This document shows positions 1 through 12,818 of a stretch of 64,000 nt of DNA, piece by piece. Origin of the DNA: Octopus vulgaris (Eukaryota); NCBI GenBank assembly GCA_951406725.2, contig OX597821.1, positions 85,684,001 to 85,748,000 on the forward strand. Reading direction: 5' to 3'. Under the pieces are notes generated by a model, which was not told where the DNA came from, made no database searches, and was given only the letters and a program-made list of their open reading frames with translations. Made by a program: the position numbers and the translations under genes. Positions within the stretch are counted from its first letter, which is position 1. Every line of letters begins with the position of its first letter.

Positions 1-1091
1 TTACTGAACTCCACTTGCGCTAAGGAGCGGAATGTTCTTGTAAATGTTTCCAGATTCCTGAAAATTCAACCAGTAGTCCCATAAGGATGGAAATTATTAC
101 AGTATGGTTCTCAGTTATACTATACAAACTTTGAAGGAGCCTCAATGTCGGTGTTTGACCTATTAGAAATAGCAGCAAAATCTTCGGTAATTAACATGGT
201 ACCGTTAATTCTGCCGAAAATGCAGAATTCTTACTGTTGGAATCATAATTCTTTTTAATCTATATTATCAGAGAGTAAAAAAATAGAAATAAAAATAAAA
301 AATGAAAAAGAAGACAACAACATAGAACAAAATTTTGAGTGACAGCGACATTTCACTCTTTTGAAATCTGTCTGCATTTGTTGCTAATCTTTTATAAAAC
401 AGTCATTGTTCCATTGTCCCCTAAATCCGCATCAACACTTGACTTTCTCAACAAGGGACACTCTTCGTCATTTACCATCAATACCACCATTACGACCGCC
501 GTTGCCATTGCTTTGCCGCCGTCGTTTTCACTTCTTCAAATCGATCAAGCTCCCCCTCCCACCATTTTATTTCATTTGTCATTCATCTTAGATTTTAAAA
601 AAATTAAACCTGAATGGAAATCTAAACAAATCTCACGTAACACTCCATCGGTAGTGAGACTAACAATAAGGACTTCATGGGGTTTGTAAACAGTAAAGCC
701 AGATAGTAGGAAGCAGCCGTTGAAAATTAAACAATCAATACTTCACACCACAAGTCAATGAGGGATGCGTTTAGTTCATCGATCCCATACGATCTGAGTT
801 CAAGTCCGTCGAAATAATTTTGCCACTCATACTTACTTGGTGGATAAAATAAAGTACTAGTCAAGTACTGAAGTTGATCTAATTGACTAACATCTACTTC
901 TTAGAATTGCTGGCCTTGTGCTAATGTTGTGCTTCTTCCTAGAATCGTTGGCCTTGTTCCAGAATTATAATTATTTCATCGATCTCGGAAGGGTTAAACA
1001 CAAATTATACTTCGGTGAGATTTAAACTCAAGACGTAGAAGAACTATAACTAAATACTGCAGGCATTTTGTCCGATGCTCTAACGATTCTG

Positions 1092-1473
1092 ATTTCTTTA
1101 TTGCCCACAAGGGGCTAAACAAGGACAGACAAAGGGATTATGTCGATTTCATCGACCCTAGTGCGTAACTGGTACTTAATTTATCGACCCCGAAAGGATG
1201 AAAGGCAAAGTTGACCTCGGCGGAATTTGAACTGAGAACGTAGCGGCAGACGAAATACCTGTTTCTTTACTACCCACAAGGGGATAAACAGGGGGGACAA
1301 ACAAGGACAGACAAACGGATTAAGTCGATTATATCGACCCCAGTGCGTAACTGGTACTTATTTAATCGACCCCGAAAGGATGAAAAGCAAAGTCGACCTC
1401 GGCGGAATTTGAACCCAGAACATAACGCTAAGCATTTCGCCCGGCGTGCTAACGTTTCTGCCAGCTCGCCGCC
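1092..1473 (-). mobile_element. tRNA-derived SINE family A (head GGCGGCGAGCTGGCAGAA), dimeric copy inserted in an older relative
   Basis: Body (GAGTTCAAATTCCGCCGAGGTCGACTTTG...GGGGTCGAT) occurs twice in tandem; flanked by TAACGATTCTG/TAACGCTTCTG; many homologous copies in the window. Confidence 0.85.
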
Positions 1474-2044
1474 TTAACGCTTCTGACAGACCATTGCCTG
1501 TCTGGTTTACCGGTTAAACAGCAGCGATAGGATAATACCACGATGCCAAATTTTGTCTGTTTTCCAGAGAAGTGGTTGCTAGTTACCTTTGAAGTCTTCT
1601 TTGAACAATCAGTCGTCAGTTTACCTGAATGGAAACAATATAGTTATTAAGAAGTTGGGTTGAAATTAAAACATGCAACTTCTCACAGCTCTAGCGTCAC
1701 TCCTTCACAGTCAGCCTATGGACTTTTCAACCACTACTGCAACTTATACATGCCAAAGTATCGACTCCGATCGCCTAACTACGGGTGCAGGATATAGTTG
1801 TATTGAGAAATATTCACCAAAAAGTGTGATTTACTATTCTGTCAGCTTTCCAGAGACTTAATAACCAAGTATTTACATTGCAGTGTTTCCTTATCCTTGA
1901 GTCCTTCGCTTCCTATGAAGTATAGGCTATCGATGACTTTTTCTCCATATGCAAGTAATAGCAACTATATTGCAACTCGATCTCACACTACTGTTTTATA
2001 AAAGAAGGACAAATTGATTAATGTAGCTCTCTCTCTCTTTATTT

Positions 2045-2256
2045 ACTCTTTTACTTGTTTCAGTCATTTGACTGTGGCCATGCTGGAGCACTGCCTTAAG
2101 TCGAGCAAATCGACCCCAGGACTTATTCTTTGTAAGCCTAGTACTTATTCTATCGGTCTCTTTTGCCGAACCGCTAAGTTACGGGGACGTAAACACACCA
2201 GCATCGGTTGTGAAGAGATGTTGCGGGGACAAACACAGACACATAAACAAACACAT

Positions 2257-2293
<37 letters not shown>

Positions 2294-2458
2294 CGACGGG
2301 CTTCTTTCAGTTTCTGTCTACCAAACCCACCTCATAAGGCTTTGGTCGGCCCGAGGCTATAGTAGAAGACACTTGCCCAAGGTGCCACGCAGTGAGACTG
2401 AACCCAGAACCAGGTGGTTCGTTAGCAAGCTACTTATCACACAGCCACTCCTACACCT
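2045..2458 (-). mobile_element. tRNA-derived CORE-like SINE family B with internal (TA)n/(TG)n
   Basis: Minus strand: tRNA-like head, then GGCACCTTGGGCAAGTG (MIR/CORE-like), internal microsatellite, tail ending GAAACAAGTAAAAGAG; near-identical to 14665-15088. Confidence 0.85.
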
Positions 2459-2574
2459 TAAATAAATAAATAAACAACTAAATAACTAAATAAAGCTGAC
2501 GGCTGGTCAACACTGAAATACCTTGATCTCATATATCTCGCTCCTTCAAAGTTGGGACTAAACATTATCATCGT

Positions 2575-2592
2575 CTTCATCATCATCATCAT

Positions 2593-2631
<39 letters not shown>

Positions 2632-2676
2632 TCACCACCACCACCACCACCACCACCACCACTACTACTACAACTT

Positions 2677-2750
<74 letters not shown>

Positions 2751-2779
2751 GCTACTGCTGCTGCTGCTGCTGCTGCTGC
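2575..2779. repeat. compound trinucleotide microsatellite (CAT/CTA/CAC/CTG)n
   Basis: Direct reading. Confidence 0.95.
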
Positions 2780-2982
2780 AACAGATGTCACAGCATAATT
2801 ATTTCATGAGTTTGTTGTAATCCGGGTGGGCTCTGATCAAGCCCTCTTATGCTCGAAGGCATTCCATTCGTGACCAACCTGTTATTTTTCTAAGATGCAG
2901 TACATCTATGATCGCATTATTCAACGAATCATTAAAAAAAAAAAAAAATTAAAATGGTAGATGGTTATTTTAAGAGGTATTT

Positions 2983-3183
2983 GGCGGCGAGCTGGCAGAA
3001 ACGGTAGCACGCCGGGCGAAATGCGTAGCCGTATTTCGTCTGCCGTTACGTTCTGAGTTCAAATTCCGCCGAGGTCGACTTTGCCTTTCATCCTTTCGGG
3101 GGTCGATGTAATGGACTTAATCCGTGTGTCTGTCCTTGTTTGTCCCTTCTGTGTTTAGCCCCTTGTGGGTAGTAAAGAAATAG
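2983..3183 (+). mobile_element. SINE family A monomer
   Basis: Same head and body as other copies; AGGTATTTGGC present at both ends (2975-2985, 3182-3192). Confidence 0.85.
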
Positions 3184-3297
3184 GTATTTGGCTGTGATAT
3201 CTAGCAGAGTCGAGTGACCACTTCGAGGATCCGTCGTTGGCTCGGTGCGATGATGTTGAATATAGCAGGGCCAGACAGAAGCTGTAACCACAACAGT

Positions 3298-3328
<31 letters not shown>

Positions 3329-4445
3329 GCGACAGCAGTAGCAATAACAAGAGCAGCAGCAGCGGCAGTTGCAGCAATTGCAATAATGACAGCAGCGGCA
3401 GAAGTTGCATCGACTGCAGTAATGGTGTTTGTTAACAACAGCGGTGGTAGTTTGTAAGTAGGCTCTTTTCTCCGCCTAAAACACCCTCACTTCCACCCAC
3501 ACGCGCACACTTACATATAAGCGCGCGCACACTCATTCACATACATATACACGCACTCACGCGCACTCACACTCATATATATGCGCAAACGTTCGCGCGC
3601 AAACACACACACACACACACAGTGTGTCCTGCTTCGCATCCCCCGTCTGTCTCTCCGATGTGAGACAATTTAACGGCATGTAATGATGCTCGTTTCTATC
3701 TAAGCAGCCCATTATAATATTTACTCGGCGACGGAGGCGGTGGCGGCGGGCAAACGACCGACCGACCGACCGACAGACAGACGTTTTCTTGAACCCTCTT
3801 CCTCACAACAACAGCAGCATCACCTAATCCTTTTCGAATTGTTTTCACTTGAACAGAAGCTCCATAACAGCCGACTTGAACAATTCAACGACCCACTTGA
3901 CTTGGCTAAGAGAAATTTTAATCCTCTGAAGCCGACTCTCCAGCACGCCTTGCGTTCAATCCGTTTAACCAGCTTATCTGTTCCTTTCTTTCTTTCTTTC
4001 CTTCTTTCTTTTTCTTCTCTTTTTTCTTTATTTCTCTCCATCTTACTTTTTTCTTTCTTTCCTTAAATCTCTCTATTTTCCTTCTTTTTTTTTACTTCCT
4101 TTCTTTTCTTTTTTTTCTTCTCTTTTCTTTTATTATATTTTATTGTATTTTTTTTAATGTCCTTGACTTTGAAGTCCTTAAACACAACACCGTGGTTGTC
4201 CACGAATTTTTCTTTTTTTCCTTTCGTTTTGTTTTTTTCTTTTTCTTTTTGCAACTGTGCAACTGATCAAAAATACAAAAACAAAAACAACACTAACGTT
4301 TTTTTTATTTTTTCAAATAGACAAAACTGTTTTTTCATTGTCTTTCATTAATGACTTCAAAAAAAAAAAAAAAATCGGATACGTATTAGGGGTGGTGGTG
4401 ATGGTGGTGGCGGTAGTGGTGGTAGTGGTAGCAATGGTGCTGCGT

Positions 4446-4456
4446 GATGATGATGT

Positions 4457-4494
<38 letters not shown>

Positions 4495-4545
4495 TTGATG
4501 ATGATGATGATGATGTTGATGATGATGATGATGATGATGATGATA

Positions 4546-4598
<53 letters not shown>

Positions 4599-4608
4599 AA
4601 TGATGATA

Positions 4609-4654
<46 letters not shown>
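4446..4654. repeat. (GAT)n microsatellite
   Basis: Direct reading. Confidence 0.95.
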
Positions 4655-4655
<1 letters not shown>

Positions 4656-4789
4656 ATGTTACTTTCGGTCATTCCTGATAAGAAAAAAAAGGGGTCAAAA
4701 GTACGTTGGTTAACCAGACGAACGACATGGTGAGATACACAAACCCACGTTTCTAAACCTGTTTTCATCAAGTGAAAGGCCACGTAGTT

Positions 4790-5010
4790 GCTCTTTTATT
4801 TTTTCACTTGTTTCACTCATCAGACTGCGACCACGCTGGAGCAACGCCCTATCGGATTTAGTGGAACAAACTGACCCAGAGTACTTTCATCTTAAAGTCT
4901 GGTATTTAATCAGTCCGTCTTTGCTGCAGAACCGTTGAATTAGGAGGGGGGGCGTAAACAAACTAACACCGGTTATCAAACGGTGGAGGGAGGAAAACAC
5001 AAACACAACA
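4790..5010 (-). mobile_element. diverged 3' half of SINE family B
   Basis: ACTTGTTTCA...GACTGCGACCACGCTGGAGCA similar to the family B tail. Confidence 0.65.
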
Positions 5011-5113
5011 GACATATACATAAATACACTCATACATGAATATCTATCTATCTATCTTCTGTCTATCTGTCTGTCCGTCCGTCCGTCCGTCCGTCTGTCT
5101 GTCTACCTATCTG

Positions 5114-5216
<103 letters not shown>

Positions 5217-5344
5217 ATCTAATCTATATAGTCAATTCAAAGAACAAACAGTTAAAAAAAAACAGAGTAAAAAAAGAAACAAAAACAAATGTGAGGACAT
5301 GCACAGGAAATATGTTAATTTGACGCTCGGCGAAAAGAGTTGTT

Positions 5345-5375
5345 GACGTTTTGAGCATAGCTCTTCGTCGGAAAG
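5345..5375 (-). ncRNA. degenerate minimal hammerhead motif
   Basis: Minus: CCGACGA-A-GAGC TAT GCTC-AAAAC-GTC; C at position 4 and G12 lost. Confidence 0.55.
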
Positions 5376-5418
5376 GGAAAAGTCCAAAGAGAAACAAGGG
5401 AAAATCGCCGGCAATGCA

Positions 5419-5469
<51 letters not shown>

Positions 5470-5585
5470 CACACACACACACACTCACACTCACACTCAC
5501 ACATGTTGAACCGTTAATCCCTACACCTTTTTTTTTCTCTCTCCGTTTTCTTTTTCATTCTCTGTCCTGTTTTCCCTCTTAATCC

Positions 5586-5620
5586 TTTCTGCTGAAGAGC
5601 TTAGGCTCGAAACGTAAAAC
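5586..5620 (+). ncRNA. degenerate minimal hammerhead motif
   Basis: CTGCTGA-A-GAGC TTAG GCTC-GAAAC-GTA; A6 changed to C. Confidence 0.55.
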
Positions 5621-5730
5621 ACTTTTTCATTCTTCCCGAACGCTATACTAATACACCTACTTGCTGTTCCTACACCTGTCTTCGTCTTTTTGTTTACTGT
5701 AAATTTGAACTCTGTCTCTCTCTCTCTCTC

Positions 5731-5790
<60 letters not shown>

Positions 5791-5810
5791 TATACATATG
5801 TGTGCACGTG

Positions 5811-5860
<50 letters not shown>

Positions 5861-6416
5861 ATACTGCGGGCTTCAACACGGTTTTCGCCAACCAAATTCA
5901 CTCGCAAATATACCAAGTCACTGGTCGGTTCGGAGTTATATTTTCTAAAAAAGAAAATATTGCATGAGTGCGCGCATGCGTGTGCGTGCGAAAGCGTCTT
6001 TTGTACTTGTCTGAACTGCATTAGAGATGGATAACGTTTAGTCTAATATGTTGTAGGAATGTTCTGTTTGTTTAGAGTGGGTTATAACTGTATCGCCAGG
6101 TATTGATGTAGGTTGGCGATTGCTAGACCAATCTGCTAGATGGTCCTTCACCTGTTTAGATGGTCCTTCAGTTTGATTATTTTTCGTTTGTTGTCTAGGT
6201 AGCTTGTGGTTATGGTCTGATGATTCTAAGTACGCTTTTACTGTTATTTATAGTTTGGTGTGAAAAGATTGAGGGCCCAGACAGAAATGTAATGTTTTGT
6301 TTGTATCCTTTATTTATGCATTGTTTTAGTCACTGGAACCCGGTATATGTCTTTTTAAAGTCTGATACTTATTATATCGATTCCTTTTGTCGAAGCGTTA
6401 CAAAGACATAAACATT

Positions 6417-6513
6417 GCAGTAGCTTCGTCAGTGCATATTCTAAAATTGGAACGATTTAGAGAAGATTAGAATGACCCTGCGCAAGGATGACACGCAAAT
6501 TCTTGAAGCGTTC
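6417..6513 (+). pseudogene. U6: U6 snRNA pseudogene
   Basis: GCTTCG.CAG..CATAT.CTAAAATTGGAACGAT..AGAGAAGATTAG.ATG.CCCTGCGCAAGGATGACACGCAAATTC.TGAAGCGTTC matches U6; ACAGAGA box mutated to TTAGAGA; no oligo-T end. Confidence 0.92.
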
Positions 6514-6518
6514 TTGAA

Positions 6519-7152
6519 GCGAGCTGGAGTGTACTACTGTTATCTCTAGCAGACGAGTATCCACCACCGAGGATGACCACAAAGAGGTCGAAATCGTACA
6601 GTCTTGGTGGTCTCGTGGCTGGAAGATGCTAGGAGTTCACTCTCCTGCTTGCAATATATATCGAGTGCAGATTGTAATATATATCGAGTACAGAATACCC
6701 AGCAGGAGTAGGCGTTCTCCTGGGTTAAAAATAGCAATAACATCGATTCTTACGGAACAGCCATGTTTCAGAGGCGATAAGCATTACTTCTCAGTATAGT
6801 TACTGCTTTCATCTCTTATAGAGAATTTCCTACTTGTTAGTTTGCTTGTTGCAAGATCAGTGATTGTGTGTCACCTGTTCTCTATATGTTGCGAACTGGA
6901 ATGAACTACTGCTGTCTCTAGTGGACGAGTATCCATTACCGAGGATGACTACAAAGAGGTCGAAACCGTATGGTGGTCTCGTGGCTGGAAGATGGTAGGG
7001 GTTCACCCCCTCTGCTTGCAATGTATATCGGGTACAGATTGCGTCTTCCTGGGGTTAGAAATAGCAGTAACATCGCTTCCTATAGAACAGCTATGTTTAA
7101 GTGGCAATAATCATTACTTTTCAGCATAGTTACTGCTTTTGTCTCTTGTACA
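6519..7152 (+). repeat. tandem dimer of a ~372-nt unit, each unit carrying a hammerhead-like motif
   Basis: Units align (GCGAGCTGGAG.../GCGAACTGGAA...); CCGAGGA cores at 6567 and 6939. Confidence 0.8.
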
Positions 7153-7429
7153 CAGACGATGGGCTTCCACGTAGATTCGGTGTACCAGATTCACTTACAA
7201 TGTATTGGTCGGTCTGGGACCGTAGAAGGCATTGTTCCAGATATTGCGTAGTGGGACTCAATCCGAAACCGGGTAGCCTGTCCCTATGATTCCTAGGGCT
7301 CGAGACAGTGATGTCTAGTGGTAAGGAATGTGTATGATATACTTATGACGGTACTGTAATGGGTTCTTTTGCTGTATTTGGAGGTGGGGATAGTGCCCAT
7401 GACTCATGAAGGCCCTCCGAGATTCAGTC

Positions 7430-8190
7430 ATTTTTACGCCCGTAATATTCCGTTTAAAATGTTGTACCACAACAACTGCAAGAAAGGCATCAGAGAGGAG
7501 ATTTCAGTGGTTAGTGCGTGGACCTAGGGTGGGATGAGTACAACAAGGGTACAGAGACGGAGGCCGGAAATGCCTGAGCGGTGGGAGTACGAGACCAACC
7601 AGCTCCGAGGAGCAGAAGCTGTAATGTGTCTTTTAGTAATTGAATGTCAGTCAGTCGCGTGACCCTTCTCTAGACATGGTCCAAGATGTATGCGTGCGTA
7701 GCAGCAGTATCGTCCCAGAGGTGCATGCAGTTCAACATCGTGTGCTTCACTTGAACTGTTTAGAATGCCAAAGGCTTCTGGGAAGGGAATGGAATATGTT
7801 CTTGCTCTAAAGATAAGGGCTAACCATCGGGATGCAGCCGTAACTATGATAAAGATGTACTGTCAATTGGAGAAATCCTTTGCGATGATGAAGCTCACTA
7901 TTTGAAGCAACTATGAGGGGTTCTAGCTGGGTGTTGCTCATGATCAGAGGAGGTTTGATGTGGTTGTGTTTGCTTGATATGAGTAATACGCGAGGTATTT
8001 TCATATTAAAAGAGACGAGGTTGTCATGGCCCCACAAGGAGATGTTGTCGAGGTCTTCGTTTACGGAGCCAATATTAGTTTGACGTATGGTTTGTAGGTT
8101 GCATGTAGATGATGCTTGGTTGGAAAAGGTTAAATAGGAAGGCAGAATCGTGATATCAACGTAAGAGTGGGTATTGTACGAGGCGGTTGT
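7430..8190 (-). mobile_element. decayed CR1-group (CR1/L2/Crack-like) LINE, RT C-terminal region
   Basis: Minus-strand translation HSYVDIT (YADD-like) followed by NEDLDNISLWGHDNLVSFN; frameshifted. Confidence 0.65.
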
Positions 8191-8747
8191 ATTTGATGTT
8201 CTTTAGGGTTTCTCGTAAAAAATTATTGATGTCTTTAATTAATGTTATTTCTAGTATTTTTAACTGGATTTTTTTGTAGGTTGTTGGTGCAAGTTTGAAA
8301 TAATGGGAAGAGATTCCTATAACATCATCTGTATTTGAGAGTAGGATTTGCAGACAAATTGGTTAGAATTTCTAGTTGGGCGTGAAAAATATACCCATAG
8401 AGATATAAGTTAAAATATAGCAGTTGTGAAGTATACCGTTGCATTAGTCTATTCGTGAAATTATAGCTTCAAGAAGTGTTGTTTTTTATGTGGGACATGA
8501 CGACATGAGAGATAATCCACCAGTCATCGTATTTAGTGCTTTGTAACTGAGAGCTAAGAAGAGACTCAAAAGTGTTTCTGTTGCTAAGTAACGTTGCATG
8601 GGTTTTGGTTGCCCTGTGCGGTAGCTAAATAGGCCTTCCTTCCTTAAAAGTAACACACCTTCTGCTACCGCAATATACGTGAATTAAGCGAACATCTTGT
8701 GTGGTCCGTACTCCCCCGCATATCCCCCGCTTGTTAGAAATAAATAG

Positions 8748-8853
<106 letters not shown>

Positions 8854-9097
8854 TCTCTCTTTCTCTGTCTTTACACACACACGTGCGCGCACACACATGC
8901 ACATCTACTATACACAACAGAAGCAGCATTAAATTAAAATAGCCATCTATGTATTATATTTAAAGCATATACATCGTTGATAGGAAAGATACTGAAATTT
9001 TCTTCGCATATAAAATCTCTTATAGATGCTTTGCATTAAAAATGCTATATATACTGGTGATAGGCAAAAATCGTCCCGTCACCTACTACCAAGAACG

Positions 9098-9134
9098 TCA
9101 GATGCATTTCAACCTTATTGGGCCTCGTCAGTGA
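9098..9134 (-). ncRNA. minimal type-I hammerhead ribozyme, intact core
   Basis: Minus: tca-CTGACGA-GGCCC AATA AGGTT-GAAAT GC ATC^tga; stem III palindrome ATGCAT, AUC triplet, 3-bp stem I. Confidence 0.7.
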
Positions 9135-9253
9135 TAATTAAAAAAATTAAAATTTTGAATTTTATATTTTATATATTTTGTATATTATATTAATTAATTA
9201 TATTTCTATGTTTCGGTTTATGTTTGATTTGCCTAATAGTGGTTTTATCTCTA

Positions 9254-9297
<44 letters not shown>

Positions 9298-9379
9298 CAT
9301 AGATAAGAATCAGATATTCTCCGTATAGAATACACTTACTAGTGTTCAAGGGAATTAAGCTTGAGTGGGTATAGAAATA

Positions 9380-10053
9380 AATATAGGGATAAGCGATTTA
9401 AGCAGATCAGTATATAAAGTTTTACTATATTAATACGTGAAATACGAAAATTGTATATATGTTTACATAAGGAATGGTCTGGCTTAAAAAGAATACAACT
9501 GGTATAGAGGATTAAAGGGGTTGAAGAAAAGTGCTACAAATCCAACAGCTGTTTCTGGGGGGCTCGGCGGTCCAAAATAATGTTTGTGGATTGATTCCAT
9601 CATTGGCCGAGACGAGCCTCCGTCATCAGGGAAGAGATCTTACACTTGAGGTATTAAAGGAAAAAAGTTCAAAGATGGAATGATTTTGCGGAGAGCTAAG
9701 TGTATTAAGGGGGAGAGGTAGATTTGGGGAGGTATTCTCTATCTGAATACCCACCAACTTCCCCTTCTAATGCACTTAGCTCTCTACAAAATCATTCCAT
9801 CTTTGAACTTTCTTTCCTTTAACACCGCAAATGTAAGGAGTCAATCTACAAACACTATTTTGGACCGCCGAGTCCCCAGAAACAGCTGTTGGATTTGAAA
9901 AACTTTTCTTCAACCCCTTTGATTCTCCATACGAATTGTATTCTTTATAAATTGGATATTTTTGTTTGTAAACATGAATATAGTTTTGTATTTCATGTAT
10001 TAATATAGTAAAACTTTATATATTCATCTGCCTAACTTGCTTATCCTTACATT
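9380..10053. repeat. long imperfect inverted repeat (~310-350 nt arms) with an HHR motif
   Basis: Arms 9380-9737 and 9745-10053 are reverse complements; centre GGTATTC-tctatct-GAATACC; flanked by (TA)n and (TC)n. Confidence 0.85.
9541..9632 (-). ncRNA. hammerhead motif with extended stem II
   Basis: Minus: tcc-CTGATGA-cGGAGGCTCG...CGAGCCCCCCa-GAAAC AGCT GTT^gga; palindrome ACAGCTGT. Confidence 0.6.
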
Positions 10054-10206
10054 TCTCTCTCCCCACTCTCTCTCTCTCTGTATATATATGTATATATATT
10101 GTTGTATTTGGGGATGGTTATGTTGTCAATTTAGCCAATGAAAACACACGCACTATTTATTCGGTGTTCGTTTGCTTCAGTTTATTTCATATTAATTATA
10201 TTTCGG

Positions 10207-10247
10207 CCTGAGTTCTTTCGTCACACTTCTGTGACCTTATCAATGGT
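10207..10247 (-). ncRNA. hammerhead motif, U3-A8 core variant
   Basis: Minus: TTGATAA-G-GTCAC AGAAGT GTGAC-GAAAG AA CTC^agg. Confidence 0.5.
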
Positions 10248-10850
10248 CCTTTATTTTCTACTTTCTTTTTTGTGCCATAACGATCTGCCATTTTGTGACC
10301 CTATTGTATGTGTCTTTATTTGCACATGCGTATATCTCTGTGTGTGTGTGTGTATCTATGTTTGGTAAGTGTGTGTGTGGAAATGTGTATGGCACCTGCA
10401 TTATTAGTATCTCCTACTTTTTCACGTTCATTTAATTTCATTTATTTTATTTATTTGTTTTTATCTACTTACTTTTTCTTTTTTTTTTAAATTAATTTAT
10501 TGTATTTCGTGTAGTTATTTAAATACTTAATTCTATTTATTTATCTATCTATTGTATTAGTTTCATATTATTATTTGTTTATGGGAATTTTATTCTGTCA
10601 TTAGGCTGTCATTTTTTCACTTACAGTTAAATTTTACACATTCTTCGAACAAAAAGAATACCAGACCAAAACAGCTATTGTTCTTTGGGAAATATCGCCT
10701 TGCCAAAAATATATGACCCCCTTACATACAAAACACAGCAGCAAACTTGTAATTTTAGATCCACCCATAACTTTCTGCTAAAAGGATCATGCATTTTAAT
10801 ATGGTGATATACAAAGCCATTGTAGCACAAGATGGAGATTCATGAAAGAC

Positions 10851-11560
10851 TACGAGTTGGTATCAAAAAGTTCCCGGACGAGTTATGTTTAATAAAAAAA
10901 TAACTTATTTGCCTAAGCAAAACATCAGTCCCAGCGTCCTTGTCATATTTGGAATCTGGCCTGGAAACCGTTTTCAGTGAGTCGAGGACCTTCTGCAATA
11001 CGCTTTTGTTCTGGACAACGGTGTTAAAACGGCGACCTTTGAGTTGCATTTTCATCTTAAGGAAGAGATGGAAGTCCGCAGGTGCTAAATTTGGCGAAAA
11101 TCTTCCAAATGAGGTGCTCAGTGACAGCGTGCATTGTCGCCGTGAAGAATACAATTCTTCGCGATCCACAGATACAATCGCTTTTGCCGAATGTCCACCC
11201 ACAAACGCTTCAAAACACAACAGTAGAACTTGATTGACAGTCTGGCCCCGGGGGACAATACCGCAGATGTGAGGGAAAAAAACGATGTGCATGCTCTTGA
11301 TTGAACTACGACTCTGACGTGCCTTCTTCGATCGTGAAGATGAAGGGATCTTCCATTGTGACAACTGCTGCTTCGGCTCAGGGTCGCACCAGTAGACTCA
11401 ACTTTCGTCACTGGTTATCCTCGACATGAAGGATGAGTCATTTAGTGGCACACTGACGAAGATCTTGACAGACTTCGACGCGATCTTCTTTCTGCTCAGT
11501 GGTCAGCAGGCGAGGGACAAACTTAGCAGAGACACGCTGCATGTTCAATTCAGGCGTTAG
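10851..11560 (-). mobile_element. mariner transposase pseudogene (3' two-thirds) with one TIR
   Basis: Motifs SQWKIPSSSRSKKAR, LHGDNARCH, SPNLAPADFHLFLKMKMQLKGRRF (YSPDLAP.DF); end TACGAGTTGGTATCAAAAAGTT; frameshifts. Confidence 0.9.
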
Positions 11561-11650
11561 GATTTATTATTATTTATGGGATGACACAGTATATACACAA
11601 ACACGCACACACACATATTTCTCAGTATATATTCACACAAAAAGTTCGCA

Positions 11651-11705
<55 letters not shown>

Positions 11706-11840
11706 CTGTCTGTCTGTCTATGCGTGTATGAGCGTAGGTGTGCGTGTTTATACATATACGTAAATACATACGCATATATTTCTTTAGTTAATTATACCAG
11801 ATATATGTGTATGTATCTATATATAAATGTTTATGTACGC

Positions 11841-11897
<57 letters not shown>

Positions 11898-12534
11898 TGT
11901 TTTTTTTCTGTCTGTCTATTTGTCTGTCTGTATGTACGTATGTTTATATGCCCCTATGTATGTAGAAAATCTATTGTTCTGAAAACTAAATCCAATAAAT
12001 TTCTCGTCGATCAGTTTTACACTGTTATCTCAAGCCATCTTTATGTCAATCACTAATCTCTTTACATTGGCCAATAATCTACTGCGTTGTTTTTTTTTTT
12101 TTATTAATACCATCAATTTTTTCCAATCTGTATCGTGACTGAGCTCGATGAGACGTATATCGCATTTGATGTTTTAATTTTATTTTGCAGAAAATTGTAT
12201 TGTATGTGTTGAATTTGATTGAAGTGCGAAAAAAACAAAATGGCGAACTTAAACCGTCGCACGTTTTATCACCTTAACTTTGTTTTTGAGTGCTTTCACA
12301 GACGTTCTCGCTTCTGCTTGCATTTCGGCGAGGTCCTCCATCTGGGGAATAATTTTTCCACTTGTCTCAGAGATATGCATAAGATCCCAGACACTGGCAT
12401 ATTCTCGGGAGGCAAATTAAATAAATCACGGTGCAAACGTTAGTTTATGTAACGGAGATAACTCTCAGTGCTTAAAATTGGCGCTATTATGTACAGTTCA
12501 AATGATGTAAAATACATTGTTTCTCTTTTACTTT

Positions 12535-12720
12535 CTTCTTTCATTAGACTGTGGCCATAGCGGGACGCCGCCTTGACGGATTTTGTAGGACAAATCGACC
12601 CTACTTCTCTCTTATTTTTTTCTTGGCCTATTTTATCTGTCACTTTATGCCGAAGCGTTACGTAGACGCAAATAAATCAACACCGGTTGTCAAGCGGTGG
12701 TGGAGGACAAGCACAAAGAC
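12535..12720 (-). mobile_element. diverged 3' half of SINE family B
   Basis: GACTGTGGCCAT...CAAATCGACCC...ACACCGGTTGTCAAGCG. Confidence 0.65.
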
Positions 12721-12747
12721 ACACACACACACACAAATACACGCACG

Positions 12748-12818
<71 letters not shown>

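Noticed and set aside
6417-6513. Functional U6 gene
   Set aside because: ACAGAGA box mutated, 5' stem altered, no T-run terminator
6519-7152. CRISPR-like array
   Set aside because: Eukaryotic context; only long duplicated units, no short repeat-spacer pattern anywhere in the window
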